From: Nitrospirales bacterium
Lineage (GTDB): Bacteria; Nitrospirota; Nitrospiria; Nitrospirales; UBA8639
Direction of reading: 5' to 3'
Length of the DNA stretch: 64,000 bases
NCBI GenBank assembly: GCA_965203295.1
Contig: CBDBCZ010000018.1
Span: 1,312,001 to 1,376,000, forward strand
Position numbers and translations under genes: made by a program. Below are positions 24,456-38,804 of this stretch, piece after piece (within the stretch, counting starts at the first letter, position 1; each line of letters starts with the position of its first letter). The notes below the pieces were generated by a model that worked only from the letters and a program-made list of their open reading frames with translations, was not told the DNA's origin and searched no databases.

Positions 24456-27400
24456 GGTGGCCACCAGAAGTGTAGAAAGGTATTCATTCAGCACTATGTA
24501 TTGTCACCAAAGAATGCGTTTCTCAACTTTCTCATGCCAACTTCCTATGCCTACATACACAGTTTATACAGCGAGCCTTTTCGCTAATTTTCTTCAAATT
24601 TTTGCTTATTACTGTTTCTTTATTTATTGTCAGATGGGTAATTATATTCGTAGGGTAACATTATTCAAGAAGCGGTAGTAACGGCTGCAGTAAATGATCA
24701 TATAGGTTATTGTTATTAGAATTTCCGGTTAACGGTATACAAAGAAAAGGGTCTTTAAAATGCCAGGGGATAAAATCTCGGAAACGAACCAATACCTTAA
24801 CCACGCTTTTTGCCACGGCTGCGAAAAAAAAGCTGTGAGGGAAGGCCTGGGTACGAGGCTATATAAGTCTTCCCTCATGTAAAAAATGGGGCTAACATGG
24901 GGAAACGAACCAACGCCTGGCCCGTGCGCCTGGAGAAAATGGCTTTTAGCAAACAATCCAGGAGACATGGGACGAAGTACTTGTACTACAAAATGTTTGC
25001 TGATATAAGGTATGGTGGGGCTATTTCGATGGCACAGTAATTTCGACATTTGGAGTTGGGTGATTATTTTATGCCTCAGTATATATAGGTCAATAGCACA
25101 GGTATATGAATAGGGGTTTTCAGCTTTATGAAACTGGATCTATCTACTACAATGCTGGAATTACCCTCGGGGTTAAAATTCTGTTGGAATAGCCCCGCTT
25201 AACCTTACAAAAGTCGCAAAAAATGTGTTGTAGGCGTGCAAAGTATCACCAACCTTTTCCATCAAAGCTGTAAATTCCCCTGCTAGCCAAAAATCAAAGG
25301 CAGTACACGGCAACCTCAAGCCAATCCAATGGTTCAAACATCAAGCCCAGTGATTCCATCCAAAGGGTGTTCAGTGATTGTCGTCCTGTGGGATTCAGAA
25401 AGGATTTAGTTGCCATAACCGGAGGGGATACAGGGTTTAATACAGAGGATGACGGGATGGGGGGGGGGGGGGGTGATTTCCCCCCCCCCCTTCCCCCAGA
25501 GAATTATGAAAACTTATATTGTCATAATTGCAATAATAACAAGGTTTAATGGCAGTTAGGAGGTCATAATAAACACAAACATATTAATCATACAGCCGAA
25601 ATCAGAAAAAACACACGTTACAACGGAATTCTGCAATTCTTTTCCTTAAAAACATCAAGAATTTCAGTACAGTGGACACTATAGTTGGGGTAGTCACACA
25701 CAGGTATTCCAAATTCAATCTCAGGCCAATTGCATGCCCAGACGCCCCCCTAAAGAGCGTTTTCTCTTCCGAAAAAGTCCCCCCCCCCCCCGGCAAAAAA
25801 AACCTTGAATAGCATCACAATATTCGGGAATTTTTTTAAGAATAATTAGTGTAAGCATGCAAAAAAAAATATTAATTATGCAGAATGATTGTTTTGATAA
25901 AACCTGTCTGTAGGGCCTTCCCTGGGTCAGAGGACTCAGTAATTAGTCTGCTTAAAGTTCTGGCAGAGTATAAGTGGCTGTGAATTCCATCAATATTCCA
26001 AAGCCAAGTGTAGTGAAGCAGAGAAACCCGCTTAGCCTCCTACCCAGGCCTTCCCCTCACTCACGAAACTAAAATTTTCGCGAGTGCGGGGGAAGGGCTA
26101 AAAATAAGATTTTTGTAAGTGCGAGGAAGGCCTGGGTAAGAGGCTAGAAATAAAACTTTCGCGAGTGAGGGGAAGGCCTGGGTACAAGGCAAGAGCCTAC
26201 TATGACTCGTGCTTAAAGTTAGAAACACATCCTAAACTCAGACTGCTACATAATTACGGCTTGCGATGAAGGAAAAGAATGATAGGGTAAAAATATGAAT
26301 GATAATAGGACAAAATAAAAGAATTCAAAAACAGAATAATGGGAAGTTTATTGGGGCGAGCGCAGCGAGCCCCGTATTGGCGAGGTCAATGCCAACTCTG
26401 TATGTTTGCCTATGTCATCAACCAACCGGTCGTATAGCGCATGCGCAGAAACTTGCTAAGCACATGTTGTACTTGTGCTTACTCGTTGCGCTCGCCCTAC
26501 AAATGGTTTGCATTCTCCTAGTACTTCAGGATACTGCATAAGCACTAGAGAAGACTAGAAAATGCTCCATGGATCTCTAAGAGAATTTACTAATTGGGTC
26601 CTGAACCCAATTAAACATGTCTAGGTTGTACCAATTTGCACAGTGGAAGCCCTATACTGTGGACACCCTGGGGAACTGGGGAAGTGTGGGTATAGACATG
26701 TAGACTCACCTCAGGGTAAATTTCTATAAGGAAAGTGTATTTGGGACATAGCAAAGTGTTGGTAACAGTAATACAGAGGTGCCCTTATTTCAGGGGTGTC
26801 CATTTGGTCACTTATATAATTATCTGCTTACACAGGGTCAGTCTGTTTAGCTAGCCTCGTTCCCTGGCCCGCGACTTTTTCGGCTACACGAAAGTCACAG
26901 GGCCCGGTAGCCAAAAGCACGCAATCAAATTACAGCATTGTCCTCTTCAAACGCATTTCTCTACATTTTACCAGAGACCGCAATGTTTCAGTGGTAAGTC
27001 TATGGCACATGGGCTATAAGAAAAGCTACAAGAAGTGTAGTTTCGCTATTAACTCGTCTGTGAATTGCAAGTGTACTCACCAACGCTCATAATCACCTCT
27101 CTACTACCTCTCTATCTTTTGAACTGCACACGTGATTTTAGATTCTAGGCCTGTGACGGCTTTTTTGTAACCAAAAAAGTCACAGGCCTGAAATCAGCTG
27201 TTCACGCACTTCACACATGCCCAGCTGGTAAAAAAGCAAATTCATTCATGCATGTTTAACTTAAGTTCAAATCTACTGGGCAATTCATATATCATGAATA
27301 TAGTCTCAATGAATTCCATCTTGAGGGTAGGTTTTAAAAACACAGGTGGGTACCTTTTTGACTGGACAATGCTAAATTAGTACTCTAAGGTCACTATTAC

Positions 27401-28029
27401 ATTTGAGGTGACAAAATTTAGCGGATTGTATGTATAGTGGATTTGAAGGGAATTAATTTAGCGATTTAAAACACATGACTCACTACTATGCGTAAATATA
27501 ACTACGCAGCTCGTACAAGTGCATACTCTATTGTGTATATATCATGTGCGTAAATATTAAGTGAGCACTGTATATATGTCGAGCGTATACGTGCTTAAAT
27601 AAGTGCATATACACATGTACACATGTATGCGCGGACGTTAACTGAGGTGCTCATACACTGCTCACGCACGAGTAATAATTTTGCGGGTATAAAATTACCA
27701 AAATCACTAATTTGGCAATGCATTCAAATTAGTACCCTCAAACAATAGTCACCAGGTCCACTACCCTCTGGGGCCGAGACTACTCCAGGTATAGCCTGGT
27801 TCGGTTCCCAGGTCCACTACCCTCTTTGGTTGACAGGCCTGTCTATATACCCTCAAAAATATGAATACATCACCTCACTTTAAGATCAGCTGGACAGAGT
27901 TTCTTGACACGTGTTCATATACATACAGATGCGTGCATGTCATTACTACAGCAATCTACTGCTTGTATATACGACGCTACACGAGGTATATGGGTCTACA
28001 CACAGTTTTCAGTCCAGAAGCTCAGGTCT

Positions 28030-28111
28030 TAGTCTCGGCCCCAGACCATCCCTGCACTCGCAAAAAAAAAAAAAAAAAAACGAGTGCAGGGAGGGTCTGG
28101 GGCCGAGACTA
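28030..28111. mobile_element. Tiny TAG...CTA hairpin MITE with poly-A loop
   Basis: tagtctcggccccagaccatccctgcactcg-cA19-cgagtgcagggagggtctggggccgagacta. TSD degenerate (6/9). Confidence 0.75.
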
Positions 28112-28928
28112 GTTATGTCTGTGCTAAAGACTTCTAGTTCAGTCAGTTTTCATGTCCTTGTGTAAATCACCTGCACTCTAAGCAGACCTATCAGCTTTAA
28201 CCTCATTAGGCAATGGAAGTAATGAAAAGCTCATTGCTATGTAGTCAAAACCTTTGACCAGTCTAATGAGGTCAAATTTGGCCCTAGTGGTGTGATGTAC
28301 ATAAGTTTGGGTGTAGCAGGTTAATCTGTTTAGGAGATTGGGGAGAGGCCTAATGAGAAGAGTAATTACAGTTGGAATTGGCTGGGTCCTACTGGCAAGT
28401 GCTACTAGCAGGTTTAGTGGCTATACTAGGTGATTCAATGCAAAGCATTGTGGAGCAAGCATGAGAGAGGTATTAGCCCATGTGTACGTTAGTGGCGACG
28501 CGCCCTCAGCAGCTCATGTGGCTCTTTTATTCGTCTCAGTATCACTTGTTGGTAGCCTGGAGAAATGGCAGCTCTTCTGGCTCTAGAACTCGCTCTCTGC
28601 TGTTCCAATGTGACTTATTGCCAACCTGGGGATATATACTGCAACGCTGTAGCCTCTGCCGCTGCAGTCTACTCTGTGAGAGCATCCCTAAGCTAGCTGC
28701 ACTGCAGCCACCGTGGCCACGTGAACAATTTGAAATATTACGGAAATTGTTACATTGAAACTCGAAACGATATGCGGTATGTGCGTACGTACGTACGCAC
28801 GCACGTACGTACACCGTACACCGTACACACAGACAAATTCTCAATTGAACACACTAGTGTGGGGCTCGCTCAAGCTCGCCCAATAAAGCTCGCCCAATAA
28901 AGCTTGCCTACTGCTCCTCTGCCAAGGG

Positions 28929-29006
28929 GCTCCAGTAGCTCAATTGGAAAGAGCATCTGACTATATAGTATTCAGAAGGTCCTGGGTTCAATCCCCAGCT
29001 GGGTCC
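28929..29006 (+). pseudogene. Second tRNA-Thr-like repeat copy with a 4-nt insertion in the anticodon loop
   Basis: Same sequence as 11105-11178, but the loop reads gactatatagtattcag. Flanks are shared. Confidence 0.7.
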
Positions 29007-30356
29007 CATTTTTTCCCCCGGATTTCTTTACTCTCTCAGAAAGCTTATCATCTCTTGAAGAGTTTGCAATGAGAACAGCTTTTATTATTTGGGGCTATGC
29101 ATACCATTACTATGGAGGACTGCAATTGATTCCTGGAACAATTGCTGAATGCAAACTTTTTTTAAAGCACAAGTCATGTGTTATGCAGTAGCACATATAT
29201 GCATATATGCACATATATGCACATATGCACACGTAACAGTGAAAGAAAATTGCATTCAAAATGAGAAAACACGACTTTACTACGCGATCCTACAGTAGCC
29301 TACATACGTATACCCATAGGAATTACAGATGAAGGAGCAATGAGCCTCCCTTGATAGCACAAAATGACACTCTCGTCCATACCTCTGACTTTTTCTCTGC
29401 CACAACTTCACAAACAGCACCCAAAAAAAGGAGGAGAGATGCCATTTTGAACACGCCTTGCCCCCGGGGGCCAGGGGAGTGTGATTGATGGGAACGGTGT
29501 GTGTATAAACACTAGGCTAAGCTGAGATTTTGATGCCCATAGATAGCGATGATTGGCCTCGCTGCACTTGGCAATGAGCCCCTGAAATGAGGATACCTCT
29601 CTCCATACAAGACACTTTACCGGGTCCCCAAGATGTCCACATTAAAGAGGTACGTCCCACTGTACATTAATAAACACTTGTGTATTTGTGTATGGTGTTG
29701 AGCTTATATTGCTTAAAGCTTTATCTAGCGTTCATTCTCAGCATGTGCCCTTCCAATTAGACTCATTAACGACCCTCCCAAAAAAAAATCTGGGGCCATA
29801 TCTCAAATCTTGATACGTGCATGAGTGGTGAGTATTTTCAAAATTTCCAGTAGGTCACACTTTATTTTGTTTACAGTACCGAGCATGCGAACAAAACACA
29901 TTTTTGCATGTATTCCTCAAGTAGGCATGAACCCACTTGTGAATTCTGTAGTATCAACATTATTTCATGAATCAATACTTTAACGTTAGTTCAGTCCGTG
30001 TGTGCGTGTGTGCGTGTGTGCGTGTGTGCGTGTGTGCGTGTGTAATGGATGTGACGTCAACTAATGAACCTCGATTGCGCGAGAATACGCTAGAAGGTCG
30101 TGACGTCATCACACAGTACACGCGCACTTCGACCGCCGCATGTGTTGAGATCATGAGACGCTCTGACAACCGACGGGATTATTATGACGGCCTCATATGA
30201 GCACTTCGAGCACACTCTATTACAAAGGTTAGTGGCTAGATAGTCATGTAAGCATGCACACCTGTAGTAATCTGCTTAGTACGCTAGACAAACAACGACG
30301 ATGCGCATTAAATGGAATCAATGCCATTCGCCTGCATGCCATTACATGTACGTAGG

Positions 30357-30632
30357 TAGTCTCGTGCCCAGCCCCACGTTAGGAAGGTGGGTCTGGCTCC
30401 CCGTATATTCAAAGTTGGGGCAGCATTACGTCAGCGGTCCCAGATCTGGACCGGCAATGTGATTGGTTGATTATAGTATTACATCACTAAACGGTTGTAG
30501 TATCCGAATATCTACACGAATGGCCACGTGGACACTATCCGTTTGGTGACGTAATATGATGTAACGCTAACCAAACTTCGAATATACGGGGAGCCAGACC
30601 CACTTTCTAACATGGGGCTGGGCACGAGACTA
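30357..30632. mobile_element. TAG...CTA MITE, family A, full length
   Basis: TIRs as at 20769. Perfect 9-bp TSD GTACGTAGG at 30348-30356 and 30633-30641. Confidence 0.92.
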
Positions 30633-32148
30633 GTACGTAGGCTATGGTTGTGGAGAGCTAGGCTTCGGTCCTAGCTAACCTGTTTTGTTTTGTAGTTCTT
30701 TGCAGTCTCTACTTAGAGTTTGGCACTGCACCATGCTCAGGCATAGATAATATACGTATAATTATTATCTCAATCTATAGCTCAGTCAGGAACATGTCAG
30801 CTACACTATAGTCTACTGTCACATGATAGATGCTCAACAAAGTGCTTTGGCTGTTGAAAGAACGTTGTGTGCACACATGCTATGCACTTTTCCCCACTGG
30901 TGGTCAATTTTCAGCACAAAAGTTGAGGCCTGAATGTAGAGCCTCCACATGGCTAAGTCAGCGGCACTACTGTCATTGGCAGATGCTAAATGTTCCATAA
31001 TCACATCACATGGAGGTAGCACTTTTCCTTTCTATCCGTAGACAGAGCGAGTTAAAAAAGCGCAACTACTTGCTTGTTTTAATGAGTGAACAGGTGTGGT
31101 ACCTGGCAAGACAATGCCGGTGGCCTCAGAGAATATAATACTCCATCTCCTGATTTTGAGGTCAGCCATTAACAAGTCTGACATTTCATGTCTCAAAAAA
31201 CAGCCTGTATCTTTTACAGTACAATACACACAACGCAGTTTAGGCCAAGTCAACTACATTGTTTAAACCAGTGAGTTAAAACATTGTTCTAACACAGTTA
31301 AACTGTTAAATTGTTCTAACTCAGAACAGCTGAGTTAAAACATTGTTCCCAGTGATCTGTCTCGGCTTATCGCTGCCCGAAACATTGCTTGCCTCAGTCA
31401 AAAGCCCTCGGTTGCACCGTTTTAGTCGTTCTGTGCTTAACGGATGCTCGAACGGATGCCGTTTTTAATTAGTGCGTGGGCATGGAAGTCCCTTTGCGTG
31501 GGCATGTAAGTCTACCCCACGCGTACATACGTTACGGCACGTGATAAGTGGTACCAGGCCTTCCCCCTCGCTTTTTCTCCACGGCTGCGAGATAAAAGCT
31601 GGGGTGGGAAGGACTGGGAACGAGGCTATAAGATATGCACATTTTTAGAAATATATTCCAAGTAGGCATGAACCCACTGGTGAATTCTGTAGTATCAACA
31701 TTTCATGAATATGTTTTAATGAGTGAACAGGTGTGGTACCTTGGTGTGGTGGCAAGACAATGCTGGTGGCCTCAAGACTGTGAATATGCTAACTACTTCA
31801 TCACCTGATTTTGAGGTCAGCCATTAAGTTAACAAGTCTGACATTTCATGTCTCAAAAAACAGCCTGTATCTTTTACAGTACAATACACACAACCCAGTT
31901 CATGCCAAGACAACTACATTGTTTGAACAGCTGAGTTTAAACATTGTTCCCACAGCAGAGCTAAACTTTTCAAGGTTACCGTACGTTAGGACCAGACAGG
32001 TGTGAATTTTTTTCTAAGCTCGCAAAAATCTGAACACAATTCATTTGTCACAGACAATGACGTCATGTCAACATGTGCCGTGCCGGAGCCTTGCTTGGCC
32101 TCGCTGCACTGGGTAATGATCATATGTAGTTGAATTAACTGCTCTTAA

Positions 32149-32793
32149 CTCATTGCGCGCCACGGGCCACTTTATTGGCCTTTACGTAATGCTTCCGCTA
32201 CGCCACGGGCCATTAAAGATGCCTTAGAAACGGCAAGTTCATTTATCGGCCAGGAGGGGCAACCCCTTCCTTTATTAGCCATAAAATTGAGTACAGTGAT
32301 TACTAATAGTGATGTAACTGTGCCGAAAGTCGGTCTACTCAGTAATAGAACGGATATACACGGCAAAATATACAACCGATCAAGACGATTAGCTACGGCT
32401 ACCTACACTGCTACACAGTTAGTTAGGCTTTGTAGGCTTTGTAGTCAACTTCATTGGCAGATACGATGGTGACTGGTTCAGGAGAGAAACGGGGGCTTCA
32501 GCAGGATCGTCGATCTTTGCTGCCTGAGGGTCAGGACCACAGTACCGTGTCGAACTTACCGTGCATCGGGTTATCGATCCTGAATCCCTTCTTGGTTCCA
32601 ATTCGCTGTCCTTTTTGCCTTCAATGGCTGTAGCTGGTAGTCTTCCAACAAGTACGACGCAAAATTCGCTGGATACTTGACTTGGTAAGCATAAAAATAG
32701 CCATACGCTGTACTAAAACTTTTAGTACGCCATTTTTGTAGAAACTGTGGCGTGGAGCATCACGCGCGTGACGTAATTACGGCGTGCAATGAG
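32149..32793. mobile_element. piggyBac-like non-autonomous element
   Basis: TTAA|CTCATTGCGCGCC ... GGCGTGCAATGAG|TTAA. Confidence 0.8.
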
Positions 32794-33771
32794 TTAAAAG
32801 ACACCCCTAAAAATTAAAAAGGACAGTGCATAACATTTTTGTATACATTCCAAGTAGGCATGAACCCACTGGTGAATTCTGTAGTATCAACATTTCATGA
32901 ATATGTTTTAATGAGTGAACAGGTGTGGTACCTTGGTGTGGTGGCAAGACAATGCTGGTGGCCTCAAGACTGTGAATATGCTAACTACTCCATCACCTGA
33001 TTTTGAGGTAAAGCGCGAGAAAACCCCATTTTAGACAGACAGACAGACAGACAGAACCGATTGCTTAACCCCGCCGCCGCCTACGCGCCGCGGGGTAAAA
33101 ACAGCCTGTATCTTTTACAGTACAATACACACAACGCAGTTTAGGCCAAGTCAACTACAGCTGTAGAACTGCTATAATTGGTACCCTGCTGAAACAGTCA
33201 AATGCAGTACGGCGAAAGAATAAACTCGGCAGTTTTATTGTGTGCAGACAGTTTGTAGTCATACGTCACAAAAACAATTTTTTTTTTTATGGCCGACTAC
33301 CAAGTTTTTGTCATCTAGGTAACACACAACAACCTTCATTTGCTCCATTAGAAAAGTTTAGCTTTGATTGACAACACCCAACATACCTAATGGTACGTGC
33401 CCACTGCCTCTCCGAGGATCATTAGCTCAAAATGTTAAGTCTCACTCAGGTTGATTCTACATTCCAGGGCAAATGGCGCTAAAGGTAACACACAACAACC
33501 TTCATTTGCTTCTTCACCCTCCATTAGAAAAGTTTAGCCTTGATTGACAACACCCAACATACCTAATGGTATGCGCCCATTGCCTCTCCCAGTACCCTTA
33601 GCTTAAAATGTTAAGTCTCACTCAGGTTGACTCTACATTCCAGGGCAAAAGGCGCTTGACTTCGCCCAACTCAATAATCCACTCAGCATTAGTGAATGCC
33701 ATTACCAACATTAGTAGCATTGTTTTACAATGGCTTCAAGTAATTAGTTAGTAAAAGGCCATTAAAGTTAA

Positions 33772-33909
33772 CTCTTTCCCAGCCAAGTTTTATACATCCA
33801 TAAGGCTAATGTGAATTTATATCGGCCTTTTTATATTAGGCGTTAATATAAAGTACATGTTTTTTCTATTTTATATGGGCACATAAATGTGCCCATGGCG
33901 TTCAAAGAG
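33772..33909. mobile_element. piggyBac-like MITE
   Basis: TTAA|CTCTTT ... AAAGAG|TTA(T). A close reverse copy lies at ~56040-56182 and a diverged relative at ~38566-38703. Confidence 0.7.
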
Positions 33910-35719
33910 TTATTAACCACCAAAAATGATAAATGATTACTAAAACACTTTTTAAATTACTAACCTGGCTGAATTTGGTGGAAAAAATAGCTATAGCTAA
34001 TTCTCGCCTTGAACTTTTACTAGTTCGGTTTATGATCCTACTCAAACACTTCTAAAGTTTCAGTTAATTAATTAAAAAAACACTAACAATTATGGTCCAT
34101 ATTATCACTGGCCAGGTTTAAATTGTGAGGTTTTCAAAAATACGAGTGTTTATGAGAAAACAATGGCAAGTCAAAGCGCCGATGGTGTGTATGTGTGTCG
34201 TTCAAGGCTACCATGTATACGAACGCATATGAACCCCTCCCTCATGTGGGAGAGCAGCTACGGTTGAAACAAGAGAACAGCAAGAATGAGTTAAGAGCGG
34301 CAGGTGTTGTGAAACACAGCATCTTTGTCAGCTTCAAAATTCACAGGAGGCTCATCTGGCACGAGAAATACAGCTGCAGCGCTAGCTATGACAACTTTTT
34401 GAGCACACCAGAAAAATACAGCCACTACAGCACAGCACGTGTAACGATGACGTAATCTTCGTGACAAAATGCATTGCGTTTTAATTTTTGCCAGCTTCCA
34501 AAAAATAATCACATTTGTAATAGTTAGAGTACCGCAACTAAATCCAGATCTACAGTACGGCAAGAGTCATTCATACTGTGGGTTTCAAGGTGTAAGGGAT
34601 TTGTACCCTCGTGCAGTTGCTTGTCTTACAACTGCTCTCTGGTACAAACACCTTTGATACGTACATCACTAAACGATTGCAGTGTCGGCTGCATATCCAT
34701 ACTAGTCAACTGCAGCTGTAGAACTGCTATAACTGGTATCCAGCCGAAACAGTCAGGAAACCCAGGATAATTTATAACATTCTTCCTCATACTGTGGGTT
34801 TCAAGGTGTCTACCCTCTGGTACAAACACCTTTGATACGTACATCACTAAACGATTGCAGTATCGGCTGGATATCCATACTAGTCAACTGCAGCTGTAAA
34901 ACTGCCATAACTGGTATCCAGCTGAAACAGTCAAATGCAGTATGGCGAAAGAACAGACTTGGCAGTTTCATTGTGAGCTTACAGTTAGCAGCCATACGTC
35001 ACAAAAACAATTTTTTACGGCTGCCTACCACGTTGTTGCCATCTAGTTACACACAACTACCTTCACTTGCTGTAGCTTGGCCTTCAGCCCACCAAAAGCT
35101 GTTATATACTGAAGTTGCATAGTAACGTATCCCGTAATGTATTGCGTGCGTGATATGCACGGACGCACAAACAAACAAACAGATGTAGAAAAAGTAAAGC
35201 AATCTTAGAACCAGCCGTTTGTGCCCCCAGCTGGTAAATAAAAAATAAAAATAAAACACCCCATCTGGATAGGTAGTCATGTCACGTTTTCATACAACAA
35301 TACTACCTCTCTAGATGGAATGCTGTCATGTACCACGAAAATGTCCAAAGGATCATGAATGTATGAGGTGCCAACATATGTAAATAACAACCACACTACT
35401 AGGTGAATGCAGAGCATTGTGGGGCGAGCGTGAGCGATGACATGTACATACGTACTGCACGCACGAGTTATAGACGATTATTGTTGCATGACAATTTTCG
35501 AAGCGTGTGACAATTTTGAAATGCGTGACAACAGTCGTTGAAATAGGCATGCCAACGATTTTACGGAAGACCATGCAAGGACGGACGGACACACAGGTCT
35601 ATACTCATAAGAAAAAACCTAGTTGGGTGCTTCCTGAGCTTACTCTGTTTATATTCCTCAAGTAGGTGTGAAGCCACATGCAGGTGAATTCTGCACTTCA
35701 TGAATATGTTGAATATGCA

Positions 35720-36270
35720 ACCCAGAACACCTCATCCAGAACAGCTGAGATAATACCTTGTTTTTACCCAAATAGCTGATACACTGTTCTAACCCAGAAC
35801 AGCTGCACGAGTTAAAACATTGTTCTCACCCAGAAAAGCTGAGATACATTTTTAAGGTTTTTTTCACCAAAACAGCTGAGATAAAACCTTGTTCTTACCC
35901 CAACAGCTGAGTTAATTAAAACCTTGTTCTTACCCAAACAGCCGAGATATTAAGGAAAAAAACATTCTTTATACCCAGAACAGCTGATAAAACACTGTTT
36001 TTACCCAGAATAAGGGAGATAATTTAAAACATTCTTCCTATCAGGAAGAGCTGAGATAAAACATCCCAGAAGGGCTGAGTCAAGATTATTCCTACCAAAA
36101 CAGCGGAGATAATTAACACTTACCCCAAAAAACTGTAGGATTACTAGGTGCAAGGGAGTATCACTGGTGACCTAAAAAGGCCCTGGGGTGAAATATTAGC
36201 TCAGATAAAAATACTTCTTAACCAGAACAGCTGGGATAGGTTATTCTTACCAAAACAGCTGAGCTAAAAC
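35720..36270. repeat. Degenerate ~33-bp tandem repeat
   Basis: Recurring cccagaacagctgagataaaacattgttctta-like units. Related units at ~31255-31350. Confidence 0.7.
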
Positions 36271-37026
36271 TTACCCAAGACAACAGTGGAAGTGGGTCTT
36301 TCAGACAGTATCACAGGTGACCAAAAAATGCCCTGGGGGATAGATAAATTGGTCTGGGTATTTACAAGTACATGATTGTTTGAATGGGCACAGAATGCTT
36401 GGTTTAGCCCAGACACACAGCCCATAATTCCATTAATTAATTAACTAATTAACACCTAAGCTGTCTGAAAAAGTAATGATTTCACCATTGATTTGGCACT
36501 TGGCAATGAGGCTGAGTGGAACCCAGTCACTGTGCCAGCCCCTTGTTGGGTTTGGCAGGCTCCCTGTTTATTAAACTCTGGGTTAGCGTTACATCATATT
36601 ACATCATCAAACGAACAGCGTCCACGTGGCCACTAGTATGGATATCCGGCCGATACTGCAAACGTTTAGTATAATCACACTGCCGGTCCAGATCTGGGAC
36701 CACTGACATAATGCTGCCCCATCTTTGAATAAACGGGGAGCCGACCCCCTTTTCTAGCGTGGGGCTGGGCACAAGATTAGGAACAGCTGAGATAGGTTAT
36801 TGTTACCAAAGCAAGACAGCTGAGAAAAACTTACCCAAGACACCAATGGAAGTGGGTCTATCAGATGCCCAGGGAGTGTATCACAGGTGACCTACAAATG
36901 CCCTGGAGGAGAGGTAAATTGGTCTGGGTATTCACAAGTACATGATTGATTGGGTGTTGAATAGTTTAGCCCAGACACACAGTCAGTAAGTCATTAACTA
37001 ATTAAACTCTAAAACCTCTGAAGTGA

Positions 37027-37690
37027 TTGATGGTTTGTAGTGAACTCTTTTGTGCTATGTTCATCCCATTATTCATTGGGTGTTGAATAGTTTAGCCCAG
37101 ACACAGGTCAGTAAGTCCATTAACTAATTAACACCCCTTAAGTGCTCACAGCTGTCTGAAGCATTGGATTTCACTAGCCTCTGAACCCAGCCGTCCCAGC
37201 TTTTTTTTCGCTTCCCAGCTTTTTTTCGCTTGCAAGCGAAAAAAAGCAGGGACGGCTGGGTTCGAGGCTAGGATTTCACCTTTGGCACCTTGCATTGAGG
37301 CTGAGGTGGGTACAGTGGAACCACTTCATTGTGGACACCTTGGGGGCCTGGTGAATTGAAAGGTGTCCTCACTTCAGGGGTAAATTTATACGTTAAATGC
37401 TTCTCTTGTTAGTCAAAATAGATTGCTCAGCGTCAATGCAAGGTGCCAAAGGTGAAATCCTAGCCTCGAACCCAGCCGTCCCAGCTTTTTTTCGCTTGCA
37501 AGCGAAAAAAAGCTGGGACGGCTGGGTTCGAGGCTAGTGAAATCCAATGCTTCAGACAGCTGTGAGCAGTTAAGGGGTGTTAATTAGTTAATGGACTTAC
37601 TGACTGGTGTGTCTGGGCTAAACTATTCAACACCCAATCAATAATGGGATGAACATACATAGCACAAAAGAGTTCGCTACAAACCATCAA
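37027..37690. repeat. Inverted duplication (~270-bp arms, ~120-bp spacer) including a TAG...CTA MITE in each arm
   Basis: 37027-37305 is the reverse complement of 37426-37690. MITEs at 37175-37270 (TSD GGATTTCAC) and 37461-37536 (TSD GTGAAATCC). Confidence 0.9.
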
Positions 37691-38804
37691 TTAGGATCAT
37701 TTCTGTAAGTTTCAGCTTGTCATGAGTGTTAGCTTCGTTCTGTGACTTTTTTGGTGACATCAAAACTGTCACAGGGACGGGGATCTAAAATCATGTGTGT
37801 AATGCCAAAGTAGAAAGATAGTAGAAAGGCAGTTACGAGAGTGGGCGAGTGCACTTGCAATTCTCAGACGAGTGAAGGTAGCGAATTTATACCTCTTGTA
37901 GCTTTTCTTTGCAATTATGAAATTGTGGAAGTGGGTCTTTCAAACACCCAGGGAGTATCACAGGTGACCTAAAAATGCCCTGGGGAAGAGATCTGGGTAT
38001 TTACAAGTACATGATTGTTTGAATGGGCATGGAATGCATGGTTTAGCCCCCATAAGTCCATTAAGTTAATTCATTAATTAACTAATTAACACCTAAGTGT
38101 TCATAGCTGTCTGAAAGAGTAATGATTTCACCATTGATTTGGCACTTGGCAATGAGGCTGAGTGGAACCCAGTCACTGTGCCAGCCCCTTGTTGGGTTTG
38201 GCAGGCTCCCTGTTTATTAAACGGCTAGGAACTACTTGAGTGTTACATACTACCCATCACGGTCTATAGACCGAGACCCTCTTGCACCCTCCGTTAGAAA
38301 AGACTAGCTTTGATAGACAACACCCATTATACCAGAGCTAATGGTACGTGCCTACTGCCTCTCCCAGTACCTCTAGCTTAAAATGTTTTGAGTCTCACCC
38401 TACATTCCTAGGCTAATGGCGCTTGACTTCACCCAACTCAACAATCCACTCAATACTCCCTCACACAGCAGTGAATGCCATTAAGAACATTAGTAGGCTA
38501 AGTGTTCTTTTAGTATACATGTACTTATAGCTTCAAGTAAATAGTTAGTAAAAAGGCCATTAAAACTCTTTCCCTGCCAATGGCACATTTATGTGCCCAT
38601 TCAAAATAAAAAAGCCTGTACTTCATCCTATTTTAATATAAAAACTACATGTAAATTCACACTGGACTATATTACGGAAAAAACCTGACTGGTTAATTAA
38701 GAGTTTAGAAAATTAGTTTTAGTTAGCCAACGAAAATTCGTAATAACATGGTAGATTCACCGGCCTGGTTTACGCTAAATATATTACGTTCTAATTTTGC
38801 GAGC

